64,000 bases of DNA from Bacteroidales bacterium (GTDB lineage: Bacteria > Bacteroidota > Bacteroidia > Bacteroidales > GCA-2748055): assembly GCA_029931975.1 (NCBI GenBank), contig JAOZQY010000001.1:24003-88002 (forward strand), given 5' to 3'. The notes beneath the pieces are model-generated. The model was not told where the DNA came from. It did not search any database and was given only the letters and a program-made list of their open reading frames with translations. The translations under genes and the position numbers were made by a program. Below are positions 48,814-59,183 of the stretch, one piece after another; position 1 is the first letter of the stretch; each line of letters opens with the position of its first letter.

Positions 48814-50586
48814 TTATGTTTCTTTTTTCATTTTAGCTATCTGGTTTTCCAAGTCTTCTACCTGGTCTCTTAACTCTTTAATCCTGAATTCTCTGCCGAC
48901 AAACAAATTATTAAATTGTTCCAGTTCCTGATTTTTTACTTCCAGTTCCCGGGTCCGTTCTTTGACCAGTTCTTCCAGTTGCTGTTGCTGTTGTATCAGC
49001 TCCTTTTCCGCCTCTTTGCTTGCGGTGATATCAGTGACTATCCCCTCGATGGCTACAGGCTCTCCTTTATCGTTAGTTATCATTGCATTTCGCTGGTGCA
49101 ACCATCTTGTTTCGCCAGACTTGTGAATGATCTGAAATTCGTAAAACGGAGACGAATCTCCAGCCAAAAGCTTACTCCATAGGTTCTCAAAATATTTTCC
49201 CCATGCGGGATGAATTACTTGTTTAATCAAGATTGGATTGTTATAAAACTCCTCGGGAGTATATCCAAATATATCTGATGAAGCCGGACTAACGTATTCA
49301 TAGTGACCCTCTGGCAGGGACATGCGATAAATCATGTCTTTGGCATTCTCTGCCAGGAAACGAAAACTATCCCGGCTCTCCCGCAGCGCCTCTTCGGCTT
49401 TCTTTCGTTCGGTGATCTCGACTACTGTCCCCAATAATTTCAAAGGAATCCCATCAGTATCCCGGGATATTTCCGCCTGTGCATTTACCCACAGTACTTT
49501 CCCGTCAGGGCGGACGACCCTGTGATCGATGTTGTATTTTTTTCCATCTTTTATAGCCAATTCCAGGTTCTGTTGTACGAAAGTTAAATCATCCGGATGG
49601 ACTACAGATGCAACTAAATCCGGAGTGACCCAGTTTTTACCCTTTTCAAGACCATATAGATTAACTACTTCTTCAGATAGCTCTATTTCATTGGTTTGCA
49701 GGTTCCAGTCCAAAAATCCCATGCCTGCCACATTTTGTGCTTTGAGTAATCGATTTTTGGTTTCTATCAGCGCTTCCTCTGCTTGCTTGCGTCTGGTAAT
49801 GTTTTCAAAAATTGCAACAATCTCGCCAGATTCTAATTTGCAAACAAAATTTTTGAAATATCCTGTGAGGTTCTTATCCTCATATAATCTTTCATCGTGG
49901 ATTTCGGACTTCCCGGTTTTAAAAACTCGTCTGAAGACATCTGCCAATCCAAATTCCTCAATGCTTGGCCTTACTTCAAAAATACTTTTGCCCAAATCAT
50001 ATTCTTTGGTCATATTGGTGATTTCCTCTCCTGCTTTATTGATGTCTTTAATAATAAAATCTTTTCCGCCCTTAACTGCTTCATAGATGCAAACTCCATT
50101 GCTCATGTTATTGAACAGTTCTCTGTATTTCTCTTCACTTGTTTCTAATTTTTTATAAGTCTGTTTATTTTCGGTGACATCAGAGGTGAGGCCGAATATC
50201 TGCTTTGGTTTGCCATTAACTAGTCTCGTGAAGATAGATTCCTTTGCATGGAGCCAGCGCCACGATCCGTCTACACGCTTCATCCGGTATTCGTGTTCGA
50301 TGTTTTCTTCATCCTTTGCTGATTGATAGCGCGGCATTATCTCTTTCAAATAGACATTGAAATCGTCAGGATGCATTAATTGTGGAAGAATATTTTCTCC
50401 CATAGTCTGAATCTCTTCTATGCTATAACCCAGGATTTTCGTGATCCCCTGGTTGCTGTAGATAATCTTCCTGTCGATGATGTCATAGATGTAGATAATA
50501 TCGGGCGAAGTATCCAATAGCTTCTGGTGGAAGGCTAGAATTTCCTGTGAAGCTTTCTCTGTGTGCTTGAGCATTGCAGTTTTCAT
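48814..50586 (-). CDS. Four-PAS-domain sensor protein ending in a coiled coil, no output domain
   Basis: Four successive PAS/PAC-like units, each ending in ...ITERK/ITRRK/VTENK-type PAC boundaries, then a Q/E-rich coiled coil. ATG at 50586 is preferred over GTG at 50625. Confidence 0.8.
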   Translation of the reverse strand: MKTAMLKHTEKASQEILAFHQKLLDTSPDIIYIYDIIDRKIIYSNQGITKILGYSIEEIQTMGENILPQLMHPDDFNVYLKEIMPRYQSAKDEENIEHEYRMKRVDGSWRWLHAKESIFTRLVNGKPKQIFGLTSDVTENKQTYKKLETSEEKYRELFNNMSNGVCIYEAVKGGKDFIIKDINKAGEEITNMTKEYDLGKSIFEVRPSIEEFGLADVFRRVFKTGKSEIHDERLYEDKNLTGYFKNFVCKLESGEIVAIFENITRRKQAEEALIETKNRLLKAQNVAGMGFLDWNLQTNEIELSEEVVNLYGLEKGKNWVTPDLVASVVHPDDLTFVQQNLELAIKDGKKYNIDHRVVRPDGKVLWVNAQAEISRDTDGIPLKLLGTVVEITERKKAEEALRESRDSFRFLAENAKDMIYRMSLPEGHYEYVSPASSDIFGYTPEEFYNNPILIKQVIHPAWGKYFENLWSKLLAGDSSPFYEFQIIHKSGETRWLHQRNAMITNDKGEPVAIEGIVTDITASKEAEKELIQQQQQLEELVKERTRELEVKNQELEQFNNLFVGREFRIKELRDQVEDLENQIAKMKKET

Positions 50587-50938
50587 ACTATTCAAAGCAT
50601 AGAATACTCTTATGAAGAGTGTCACGTCTTAGCTTGCACCTGATTTAACTATAAATTTATGAAAAGCGTTGAGATTGTCAAAATATTGGGATTCAATTTG
50701 TTGAGGTTGTTGGCCAGATTTCCGGGCTTTTCAACCGCTTTAAGCTTGTCGATCGTTGTATAGCCAGGCTTAACTGAGCGTCCGAATTAATGGGGAATGT
50801 TCACTATTTATGAAGACCTTGATTTGAAAGACAAAATTATTGCAGAAAACCAGAATTCCGAGTGACAACCAGGTGACAAAAAAGCCCCAACCGGACGATT
50901 GAGACTCACAAAAAGCATTTTTTAAAAAACTCTGTACT

Positions 50939-52687
50939 TTATACAACTGAAACAAAAAGGCCTGCATCTGTTTTTTCCACCCTGGCAAGTTTGTTTTTGG
51001 TCAGGCCTTTTATGGCTTTGTCCCACTTCTTGTTACTGAGTCCCGTTTGCTCTTTCAAGGCGTTCAGGTCAATGGGAGAATTGTTTTTCAGAATACTCAT
51101 AAGCAACTTTTCATCATCGCTCAGCTCAAGGGCTTTGTTACTCGAACCTTCGGTTCTCGTGAGCTCGCCTTCGGCTCGGTTCTCGGGTTTCATTTGCGGG
51201 AAGAATAATACTTCCTGGATGGAGCTTTGGTTGGTCATGAGCATCACAAGGCGGTCCATGCCAAGTCCCATTCCGGAGGTGGGAGGCATGCCATATTCCA
51301 GGGCACGGACAAAATCCATATCGATAAACATCGCTTCATCATCTCCCTTCTCAGAGAGTTTCAGTTGGGCCTGAAAGCGCTCCAATTGGTCGATGGGATC
51401 GTTCAGCTCGGTGTAGGCGTTGCAAAGCTCCTTGCCGTTCACCATCAGCTCGAATCGCTCGGTGAGTTCGGGGTTATCGCGGTGTTTTTTACAGAGTGGC
51501 GACATTTCCAAAGGGTAGTCGGTGATAAAAGTGGGCTGGATCATATGAGCTTCAGCCTTCTCTCCAAAGATTTCATCAATGATCTTTCCTTTGCCCATGG
51601 TATCGTTCACTTCAACACCCAGAGTGTCGGCTATATCCCGAAGTGCAGCTTCGTCCTTTCCTGCGATATCATATCCGGTGGACTCTTTGATGGCATCCAT
51701 CATGCTGATGCGCTTAAAAGGACGTTTGAAATCGATCTCTTGCTCACCCACCATTACTTTTGTGCTACCATGCAGGTCCAGCGCCACCTTCTCGATCATT
51801 TCCTCAGTGAAATCCATCATCCACAGATAGTCCTTGTAGGCTACGTAAATTTCCATCACGGTGAACTCCGGGTTGTGGGTCCGGTCCATCCCTTCGTTCC
51901 GGAAGTCCTTGGAGAATTCATACACTCCGTCGTATCCGCCCACAATCAGGCGTTTCAGATAGAGTTCATTGGCAATCCGCAGGTATAAGGGAATATCCAG
52001 GGAATTATGGTGGGTAATAAAGGGGCGTGCAGCGGCTCCGCCGGGAATGGGTTGCAGGATGGGGGTCTCAACTTCCAGGTAACCCCTTTCATTGAACAGT
52101 TTTCTCAGGGTGGTGTAAACCTGTGTACGTTTTCTGAAGAGTTCTCTTGATTCGGGATTCACAATCAGGTCCACGTAGCGCTGGCGATAGCGAAATTCAG
52201 CATCGGTGACCGCATCATACACCTTACCATCGGCCTCTTTTACAATGGGCAGGGGTCTTATGGATTTGCTCAGAATAGTCAGTTCTTTAACATGCACCGA
52301 AATTTCGCCTACCTGGGTACGGAATGCAAAGCCCCTGATCCCGATAATATCACCTATATCCAACAACTTCTTGAATACAGTGTTGTACAGTGTTTTGTCT
52401 TCGCCCGGACAGAGTTCATCTCTGTTCAGGTAGATTTGAATCCTTCCTGAGGAATCCTGGATCTCTGCGAATGAGGCCTTCCCCATGATCCGTCGGCTCA
52501 TGATTCTTCCCGCCAGGGTAATATCTTTCAGGGCCTCTTCATTCTCTTCAAGCCCAGAAAGGATTTCCGCTGCATTATGACTGATATCAAACAGTTCCGG
52601 AGGATGTGGATTGTACCCCAGTTTTTTTAATTTTTCCAGAGAATTTCTCCTGATTTGTTCCTGTTCACTGAGCTCGGGATTGTGCAT
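50939..52687 (-). CDS. lysS: Lysine--tRNA ligase (class II) with about 80-aa C-terminal extension
   Basis: OB anticodon-binding domain, class II motifs ([14 protein letters not shown]), 582 aa. Confidence 0.95.
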   Translation of the reverse strand: MHNPELSEQEQIRRNSLEKLKKLGYNPHPPELFDISHNAAEILSGLEENEEALKDITLAGRIMSRRIMGKASFAEIQDSSGRIQIYLNRDELCPGEDKTLYNTVFKKLLDIGDIIGIRGFAFRTQVGEISVHVKELTILSKSIRPLPIVKEADGKVYDAVTDAEFRYRQRYVDLIVNPESRELFRKRTQVYTTLRKLFNERGYLEVETPILQPIPGGAAARPFITHHNSLDIPLYLRIANELYLKRLIVGGYDGVYEFSKDFRNEGMDRTHNPEFTVMEIYVAYKDYLWMMDFTEEMIEKVALDLHGSTKVMVGEQEIDFKRPFKRISMMDAIKESTGYDIAGKDEAALRDIADTLGVEVNDTMGKGKIIDEIFGEKAEAHMIQPTFITDYPLEMSPLCKKHRDNPELTERFELMVNGKELCNAYTELNDPIDQLERFQAQLKLSEKGDDEAMFIDMDFVRALEYGMPPTSGMGLGMDRLVMLMTNQSSIQEVLFFPQMKPENRAEGELTRTEGSSNKALELSDDEKLLMSILKNNSPIDLNALKEQTGLSNKKWDKAIKGLTKNKLARVEKTDAGLFVSVV

Positions 52688-52783
52688 TTCTCTATTTATT
52701 TTTCAGCTCACAAAGGTATAAAAAAGATTATGTTAATTTTGTGATGTGCGGGGGGATGATGCCTGTCAAATTTCCAAAAATTT

Positions 52784-54499
52784 ATGAATAAAAACTGGGT
52801 TATAAAATCGTCAGGCAATGAAGAAGCAATTACTTCATTGACTAAGGACCTCGGCATAGAAAGGTCACTTGCCCAGTTACTTGTTCAGCGCAATATTACC
52901 ACCTACAAGGAGGCTAAGGATTTTTTTCGTCCTGATCTCTCCAATTTGCATGATCCTTTCCTGATGAAGAATATGGATGTGGCCATCCAACGTATCCTTG
53001 GTGCTATTCAAGCCGGTGAAAAAGTATTGATTTATGGTGACTATGATGTGGATGGTACTACTGCAGTAGCCCTGGTATACTCCTACTTCAAGGATCACTT
53101 CAAGGGCAGTGATTATTATATACCCGACAGGTATGATGAGGGTTACGGGATATCTCTTAAAGGAATTGATTATGCGGTCGAGCATGGATTCACATTGATC
53201 ATTGCTTTGGATTGTGGAATAAAAGCAGTGGATAAGGTTGATTATGCCAATGAAAAGGGGGTAGAGTTTATTATCTGTGATCATCATAATCCTGGCGAAA
53301 AGATTCCCAATGCAGTGGCTGTCCTGGATCCCAAACAGGAGGGATGTCCTTATCCCTACAAAGAGCTTTCTGGTTGTGGAGTTGGATTAAAGCTTGTTCA
53401 GGCCTATGGAATAAAAACAGGATTGGATCCCAATAAGATATATGACTATCTCGACCTGGTGGTTGTAAGTATTGCTTCAGATATAGTTCCAATTACGGGT
53501 GAAAACCGGGTCATGGCCCATTTTGGACTCAAGAAACTGAATAACAATCCTTCCATTGGTATGAAGGCCATTAAAGAGGTAGCCGGAATCGAGAAAAAAA
53601 GTCTCGATATCGAAGATATTATTTACAAGATTGGACCAAGGATCAATGCTGCCGGGAGAATGGAGTCGGGTAAAAAATCGGTTGATTTGCTTGTCTGTGA
53701 AAAGGTTGAGAATGCAAAGGCTATCAGTCAAACGATCAATAACTTCAATCTTGATCGCAGGAACATCGATACTGAGATCACCAGGCAGGCCATTGAAATG
53801 ATTCAGGGCGATGTTTCCCTCAAGGAGAAGAACTCAACGGTGCTTTATAATCCGGAGTGGCACAAAGGGGTGATTGGGATCGTAGCTTCCAGGCTGCTTG
53901 ATCATTTTTACAGGCCCACGGTGGTTCTTACCAGGTCCAATGGGATGGTGACCGGGTCGGCCCGGTCTGTTAACGGTTTTGATCTTTATAAGGCCATCGA
54001 GTCATGCAGCGATCTGCTTGTGAATTTCGGGGGTCATAAATATGCAGCCGGACTAACCATGAAGGTAAAGAACCTACAATGCTTCAGAGAAAGGTTTGAA
54101 CAAGTTGTGACTGATAATATAGATCCGGATCAGTTGATTCCCGTGGTGGAGATCGATACAGAGCTGCAACTTACCGAAATCACCCATAAATTTTTTCGGA
54201 TCCTGAAACAGTTTCAGCCCTTTGGACCGGAAAACACCAGTCCGGTATTTTTATCGGAGAATGTTGTCGATAATGGTTATGGGCGCACCGTAGGGGCAAA
54301 TGGTGAACATTTGAAACTAACCCTGATCCAGGAGGAAAATCCCTTCAAGGTTTTTCCCGCCATTGGATTTCACAGGGGTAGCGACTTTGCAAAGGTAAAC
54401 AAGGGTGTTCCCTTTGATATCTGTTATCAGTTGATGGAAAATGATTTCAGGGGCAGGGTAGATCTCCAGATTCATCTTCTCGATATGAAATTTGATTAA
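52784..54499 (+). CDS. recJ: Single-stranded-DNA-specific exonuclease RecJ
   Basis: DHH motifs IYGDYDVDGTT, DCG and ICDHH, plus the DHHA1 region GGHKYAAG. Confidence 0.93.
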   Translation: MNKNWVIKSSGNEEAITSLTKDLGIERSLAQLLVQRNITTYKEAKDFFRPDLSNLHDPFLMKNMDVAIQRILGAIQAGEKVLIYGDYDVDGTTAVALVYSYFKDHFKGSDYYIPDRYDEGYGISLKGIDYAVEHGFTLIIALDCGIKAVDKVDYANEKGVEFIICDHHNPGEKIPNAVAVLDPKQEGCPYPYKELSGCGVGLKLVQAYGIKTGLDPNKIYDYLDLVVVSIASDIVPITGENRVMAHFGLKKLNNNPSIGMKAIKEVAGIEKKSLDIEDIIYKIGPRINAAGRMESGKKSVDLLVCEKVENAKAISQTINNFNLDRRNIDTEITRQAIEMIQGDVSLKEKNSTVLYNPEWHKGVIGIVASRLLDHFYRPTVVLTRSNGMVTGSARSVNGFDLYKAIESCSDLLVNFGGHKYAAGLTMKVKNLQCFRERFEQVVTDNIDPDQLIPVVEIDTELQLTEITHKFFRILKQFQPFGPENTSPVFLSENVVDNGYGRTVGANGEHLKLTLIQEENPFKVFPAIGFHRGSDFAKVNKGVPFDICYQLMENDFRGRVDLQIHLLDMKFD

Positions 54500-56487
54500 A
54501 GCATAAGTCGCAACTGAAGCCCTGCTTCCCATTTTTTATTTCCATTTATCTGATCAAAGCCTGAACCAATCACTTCTTTGTTTCTATATTCGATTATAGA
54601 TATTTTTGTTGAAAAAGAAAGCTGGCGAAGCGGCCGGAGTGTGATCAGAATGGTAGTTTTCTGTCCGCTACCATAAAAGACTGGAAAATTGAAACTATAG
54701 TAGAATCCAGGTTCATAGAGATAGATTCTGTTCTCCCAGTTGCTAACAGAGAATAGCACAAATTGTGCGGTAAGCTGCAGATTCCTGGATTTGCAAAGCT
54801 TTAGTTGTTGCATCGCTGCATATCCTGGAATTTCTTCCTGTGTTTGTGAATAGTATGAAATTACCAGCCTGGTCTGCCATTTGAAAAGATCTTCGTAATT
54901 GTAGGTCAGTAGTCCGTCGAGCCTTGTTGTTCTGTAATCATTCAGGGGACGTAATCTGGCCGAGCTAACTGCCGGGGTAAGCTGCCATGTTTTACTGACC
55001 ACTCTGGCCTTCCATTGAAGCACTTTGTTCCCTGGATCTTGCAGGCAGAGATCCAGCCTGTGTCCTCTGGATGGTACTGTTGTACGATACCGGGGAGATG
55101 GGTATCTGAACAGCTCACCGCTTAGCCTTGCAGTAATATATTTTCCAGTTTCCGCATGCAGATGAAAAGCCACTCCTTGTTCATTTGCAATGTTACTGCC
55201 AGAACCATAGGAGGAGGGCAGGGAGCCTTGGTACTCGCTACCATAGTGATGTGCCAGTATGGTCCCCTTTATGAAATCATTGAAATAATATATGGTTCCA
55301 AGCAGGCAGGCTATGGAGTGATATCCTGCACTTGACAATTCTCCAAAAATCTGGCTTTGCTTCTTTTGCCAGTTGGCATGTAGACTGGCCTTCTGATAAA
55401 GCCTGGGGTCCGGGGCTTTTTCCAGGAACTCCAATGCTTTTCTGCTGGGGTAAAGCCATTCAGCACTGCTCAAAAGACCCACTGCCAGGTGACGCTCCCT
55501 GTAGACAGCCTGAATCCCGGTATGGACCCTGAGGGCCAGATCTCTGCCTTCCAGCTCACCAGGTGTCCGGTATAGTCCTGAGCTGCGTTGATACTCCAGC
55601 CAGTGATCAGCATCCGGATTTTCTGTGAGTGCCTTTGGGGAGAGACTTATCCTGCGGTGCGAAACCCATAGTAAGAATTGAATTTTCTTCTGTCCCAACT
55701 GACACGCGATACCCTGGTTAAAAAGAGCTTCAGTTTTTGAAGCATATGGCTTAATCCGGGATAGGGATTGTCGATTGACAACAAAGTTCCCTGGCTGGTG
55801 TATAAATCCGTCACCATTAACAAGCCCCAAACCCTGGTTTAACTGAAAATTTCCAATTACTATGTGTCTGATGATACTCTCACCTTTGTATGAGAGGTAG
55901 GCTGAAATAAATTGCGGTCTGTTCCCGTAGAGAAAAAGTTCCCCGGCATCCTTTTCGTAAGTCAGTCCCATGCTTAACTTCTTCCCTGCCTGAGACCTGA
56001 TTCTTATGCATGTAAGCAGCGGATTACCTGCATCCTTTATGCCTTTACTGGGCGGAAAAGTATGCCCAACATCCATAAGAAACATATGTTTTGAGCGCTT
56101 TTTCACATTGTGAATATGACTATGTTCCAGGCAAATGAAGGGTTCTATTTCAAGTATTTTTGATTGATGAAAACCGGGAAGGACCAAAAGCTCATGGATA
56201 GAATAGAGCTCTCCGTATTTTTCACGGTAGTTCAGCAAATTGTAAAGTTGAAAGGGAGTAAACAGACCAGATGATTCAAACTCTTCGGGAGAAGCGCTAT
56301 TCAGGTCCAGGGGAGGTCTCCCCGATTCATCATAAGCGTTTAAGATAGTTTCTGGTACAATGTCCGATTCACTCCTGTACATCAGGTCCTCCATTTCTTG
56401 TTGGCTGATAATTACCTTTTGTGCCTCCAGGACTAAGGCGATGCATAAGAAAAAGAGCAGTTGACAAAGCCGAATCTTACCATTCAT
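54496..56487 (-). CDS. Secreted helix-hairpin-helix (ComEA-like) domain protein with large beta-rich C-terminal region
   Basis: Signal peptide, then LDLNSASPEEFESSGLFTPFQLYNLLNYREKYGELYSIHELLVLPGF (HhH pair). This is followed by ~500 aa of alternating-hydrophobic strands ending in WEAGLQLRLML. Confidence 0.6.
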   Translation of the reverse strand: MNGKIRLCQLLFFLCIALVLEAQKVIISQQEMEDLMYRSESDIVPETILNAYDESGRPPLDLNSASPEEFESSGLFTPFQLYNLLNYREKYGELYSIHELLVLPGFHQSKILEIEPFICLEHSHIHNVKKRSKHMFLMDVGHTFPPSKGIKDAGNPLLTCIRIRSQAGKKLSMGLTYEKDAGELFLYGNRPQFISAYLSYKGESIIRHIVIGNFQLNQGLGLVNGDGFIHQPGNFVVNRQSLSRIKPYASKTEALFNQGIACQLGQKKIQFLLWVSHRRISLSPKALTENPDADHWLEYQRSSGLYRTPGELEGRDLALRVHTGIQAVYRERHLAVGLLSSAEWLYPSRKALEFLEKAPDPRLYQKASLHANWQKKQSQIFGELSSAGYHSIACLLGTIYYFNDFIKGTILAHHYGSEYQGSLPSSYGSGSNIANEQGVAFHLHAETGKYITARLSGELFRYPSPRYRTTVPSRGHRLDLCLQDPGNKVLQWKARVVSKTWQLTPAVSSARLRPLNDYRTTRLDGLLTYNYEDLFKWQTRLVISYYSQTQEEIPGYAAMQQLKLCKSRNLQLTAQFVLFSVSNWENRIYLYEPGFYYSFNFPVFYGSGQKTTILITLRPLRQLSFSTKISIIEYRNKEVIGSGFDQINGNKKWEAGLQLRLML

Positions 56488-57316
56488 GTGTCAGGGAGCT
56501 TAGGGGTGATATGCCTGAGTCGGTTCTGTATTGGAAGGAGAATTCTGTTACCCATCTTGTGAATTTCAGACTGATGCCCCAGGAAAATATATATGGCCGG
56601 TTGCAGAAACCCGTTCTCAGATTGATTCTGGAATTAAGCTTCCATTCCAGTCCGCTGCAAAGGATAATTCCAGATTCGGCTTTAATGTGAAGCTCAGTGT
56701 ATATGTGGGCTGTTTTGAGGAAAGAGCAAGAGATCCCGGTTTCAATAATCATCTCTTGCCCAGTGGGTAAAGCAGGAAGTGCAGTCCACCCGACAGGATG
56801 AACAAGGCGCATTCCAATTTTCCATTGTTCATTGATCCTGACCTGAAGCCCCAGGGCAAAGCTGATCCCCGGGGCATAAATATACTGGTTAGCAATGCCT
56901 GTGTTCCAGATATGGATCCCCATTCCTGCACTTATTGCTGAATGAAGTTGAAGTCCATAGGAGAGCCACAGGGATGATTGCCTGAGACCTTCAAGTCCCT
57001 GAGTAGTCAGAGCTACTCCAAGGGCTCCTGTTCCTGCAGAGAACTGTCCGGAAAAGGCTGAGCAACCCAACTCTTTCAGCAGGTAGGGTCTGCTATGCTG
57101 CAGGGAGACAGAAGACTGCTCAATCCAACCCAGTCCAGCCTGGTTCTGGTTTGCACACCAGTAGCCCTGACTGCATACTGAACTGCCTCCCAGTGCGGCT
57201 GAAGCAGTTCCCGGGCAGTGTACCTGACAGGTGACACTTGCTTGAAAAAGGGACAAAAAAAAGACCGGTATTAAAATTCCCGGTCTTTTCAGTGTAAACC
57301 CTGTTGGTGATATCAT
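56477..57316 (-). CDS. Putative outer-membrane beta-barrel protein (PorQ/DUF3308-like)
   Basis: Signal peptide, AALGGSSV ... NQAGLG motif pair resembling the AALGG ... NPAGL signature of this barrel family, and a C-terminal aromatic residue (W). Confidence 0.4.
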   Translation of the reverse strand: MISPTGFTLKRPGILIPVFFLSLFQASVTCQVHCPGTASAALGGSSVCSQGYWCANQNQAGLGWIEQSSVSLQHSRPYLLKELGCSAFSGQFSAGTGALGVALTTQGLEGLRQSSLWLSYGLQLHSAISAGMGIHIWNTGIANQYIYAPGISFALGLQVRINEQWKIGMRLVHPVGWTALPALPTGQEMIIETGISCSFLKTAHIYTELHIKAESGIILCSGLEWKLNSRINLRTGFCNRPYIFSWGISLKFTRWVTEFSFQYRTDSGISPLSSLTHEW

Positions 57317-57323
57317 TCTATCA

Positions 57324-57836
57324 TCAGTTGGTTTTAAATTTAAACTTTACGCCCTTTAATTCTTCGTTGGCCTTTACAATTTTGGAGGCCAGGCTCTCCT
57401 TGAATTTCAACATTTTCTCCAAAACTGAAGGATCGCCCGTTCCTATAATCTGTGCGGCCAATATACCGGCATTCCTTGCTCCGTCGAGTCCTACAGTGGC
57501 AACCGGGATCCCCGGAGGCATTTGCAGGATACTCAGTATGGAATCCCAACCATCGATGGAGATGGATGCATTAATGGGAACTCCAATCACCGGCAGGGGT
57601 GTAAGTGCTGCGACTACTCCGGGAAGGTGAGCCGCTCCGCCTGCACCGGCAATAATTACCCGGATCCCCCTCCCTGCAGCATTCCTGGCAAAATCCATGG
57701 CCTGATCAGGAGTCCTGTGGGCCGAGAGGGCATTGATCTCAAAAGGGATCTCAAATTCATCCAGCAGCTTTGCTGCATGTTCCATAATGGGAAGGTCCGA
57801 TGTGCTTCCCATAATAATACTGACTTTAGGATTCAT
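57324..57836 (-). CDS. purE: 5-(carboxyamino)imidazole ribonucleotide mutase
   Basis: VSIIMGSTSDL, SAHRTP and AGGAAHLPG. Confidence 0.93.
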   Translation of the reverse strand: MNPKVSIIMGSTSDLPIMEHAAKLLDEFEIPFEINALSAHRTPDQAMDFARNAAGRGIRVIIAGAGGAAHLPGVVAALTPLPVIGVPINASISIDGWDSILSILQMPPGIPVATVGLDGARNAGILAAQIIGTGDPSVLEKMLKFKESLASKIVKANEELKGVKFKFKTN

Positions 57837-57931
57837 CTATTTATGTAGTTTTGTAAAGATTATCAGTTAACGAAATTACAAATATTTTTTTTCCACGGTT
57901 TTGATGCGTATTTTAATATAAAATATTAGAT

Positions 57932-58477
57932 ATGAATAGTAATATTGTTCAGGTTCATGATAAATATTTTGAACCATTTATTGATGAAGGAGCGATTCAG
58001 AAAGAGATAAGTCGCATTGCGATAGAGATGAACCGCGATTTGGCTAAAAAGGATCCCATATTTCTGGGCATACTGAACGGAGCATTTATGTTTGCCAGTG
58101 ACCTTTTTAAACAGCTGCAATTCCCCTGCCAGATAACTTTCCTGAAACTGGCCTCCTATAGCGGTACAAAGTCTTCCGGGAGTGTTAAACAACTCATTGG
58201 AATTAACCGGGATTTGAAGGACCGTGTAGTTATTGTACTGGAAGATATCGTAGATACAGGTGTGACTCTGGAAACAATTCTCAGGCAGTTGTCGGGTTTT
58301 GAACCGGCGGAGATCAGGGTGGCCACTCTTCTGCACAAACCAGAAGCAACTGTAAAAGAGGTTAAACTCGATTATGTGGGGATGGAGATTCCCAATAATT
58401 TCATCCTGGGCTACGGTCTGGATTACGATGGTTACGGCAGGAATATTAAGGAAATCTACCAGTTGGTGAACTCCTGA
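57932..58477 (+). CDS. hpt: Hypoxanthine phosphoribosyltransferase
   Basis: VVIVLEDIVDTGVTL PRPP loop and GYGLDY. Confidence 0.9.
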   Translation: MNSNIVQVHDKYFEPFIDEGAIQKEISRIAIEMNRDLAKKDPIFLGILNGAFMFASDLFKQLQFPCQITFLKLASYSGTKSSGSVKQLIGINRDLKDRVVIVLEDIVDTGVTLETILRQLSGFEPAEIRVATLLHKPEATVKEVKLDYVGMEIPNNFILGYGLDYDGYGRNIKEIYQLVNS

Positions 58478-58585
58478 TGCCCTCATCTTGCAGCTGCATG
58501 ATTCATCATAATAAATCTGACAGTTGATGGATGAATGCGGCAAATGTTTACTATTTTTGGGAACGCTAAAAAAAACTGAAAAATC

Positions 58586-59161
58586 ATGTTAAATATTGTA
58601 TTATTTGGTCCTCCGGGATCAGGAAAAGGAACACAATCGGAAAAGGTTATTGAGAAATATGGACTGGTGCATATCTCAACCGGAGATATCTTAAGGGAAG
58701 AGGTGGCCGCACAGACCGATCTCGGCAAGCAGGCCAAAGAGATCATGGACAAAGGTGAACTGGTTTCAGATAAGATTGTGATCGGGATGATCCGGAAAAA
58801 ACTTGAAGAAAATCAGGGCGGTTCAGGTTTCATCTTTGATGGTTTTCCAAGGACTGTAAATCAGGCCAGGGAGCTGCGTAAGGCTCTGACTGACTATGAT
58901 GAACGTGTGGGTGTGATGATTTCTCTGGAGGTCCCAAGGGAAGAGCTGGTAAAAAGGTTGCTTATGAGGGGAAAAGAGAGCGGTCGTTCGGATGATAACA
59001 TGGAGACTATTAATAAGCGGATTGATGTTTATAACAGGCAGACCATCCCGGTGACATACTATTACGATAAGATGCACAAACATGCTGCTGTGGAAGGTAC
59101 AGGTTCTGTGGATATGATCTTTGAACGCATCGTAAAGGTTATTTCCATGGTAAAACAATAA
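58586..59161 (+). CDS. adk: Adenylate kinase
   Basis: GPPGSGKGTQ and GELVSD, with a short-lid type LMRGKESGRSDDN. Confidence 0.95.
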   Translation: MLNIVLFGPPGSGKGTQSEKVIEKYGLVHISTGDILREEVAAQTDLGKQAKEIMDKGELVSDKIVIGMIRKKLEENQGGSGFIFDGFPRTVNQARELRKALTDYDERVGVMISLEVPREELVKRLLMRGKESGRSDDNMETINKRIDVYNRQTIPVTYYYDKMHKHAAVEGTGSVDMIFERIVKVISMVKQ

Positions 59162-59183
59162 CAGGTTCTAAAAGGATTATTTC

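Noticed and set aside
49529-50086. 185-aa Ser/Phe-rich ORF on the plus strand
   Set aside because: It is antisense to the PAS-domain gene, and its composition is typical of a reverse-frame artefact.
50649-50786. Stop-to-stop minus-strand frame encoding ...GYTTIDKLKAVEKPGNLANNLNKLNPNILTISTLFINL between lysS and the PAS gene
   Set aside because: It has no start codon and no family I can name. It might be a gene remnant, but I cannot support that.
51227-51988. 253-aa ORF on the plus strand
   Set aside because: It is antisense to lysS and has no motifs, so it is a shadow ORF. The same applies to 50991-51374 and 51579-51830.
57926-58543. 205-aa ORF on the minus strand
   Set aside because: It is antisense to hpt (clear PRPP-binding loop), so it is a shadow ORF.
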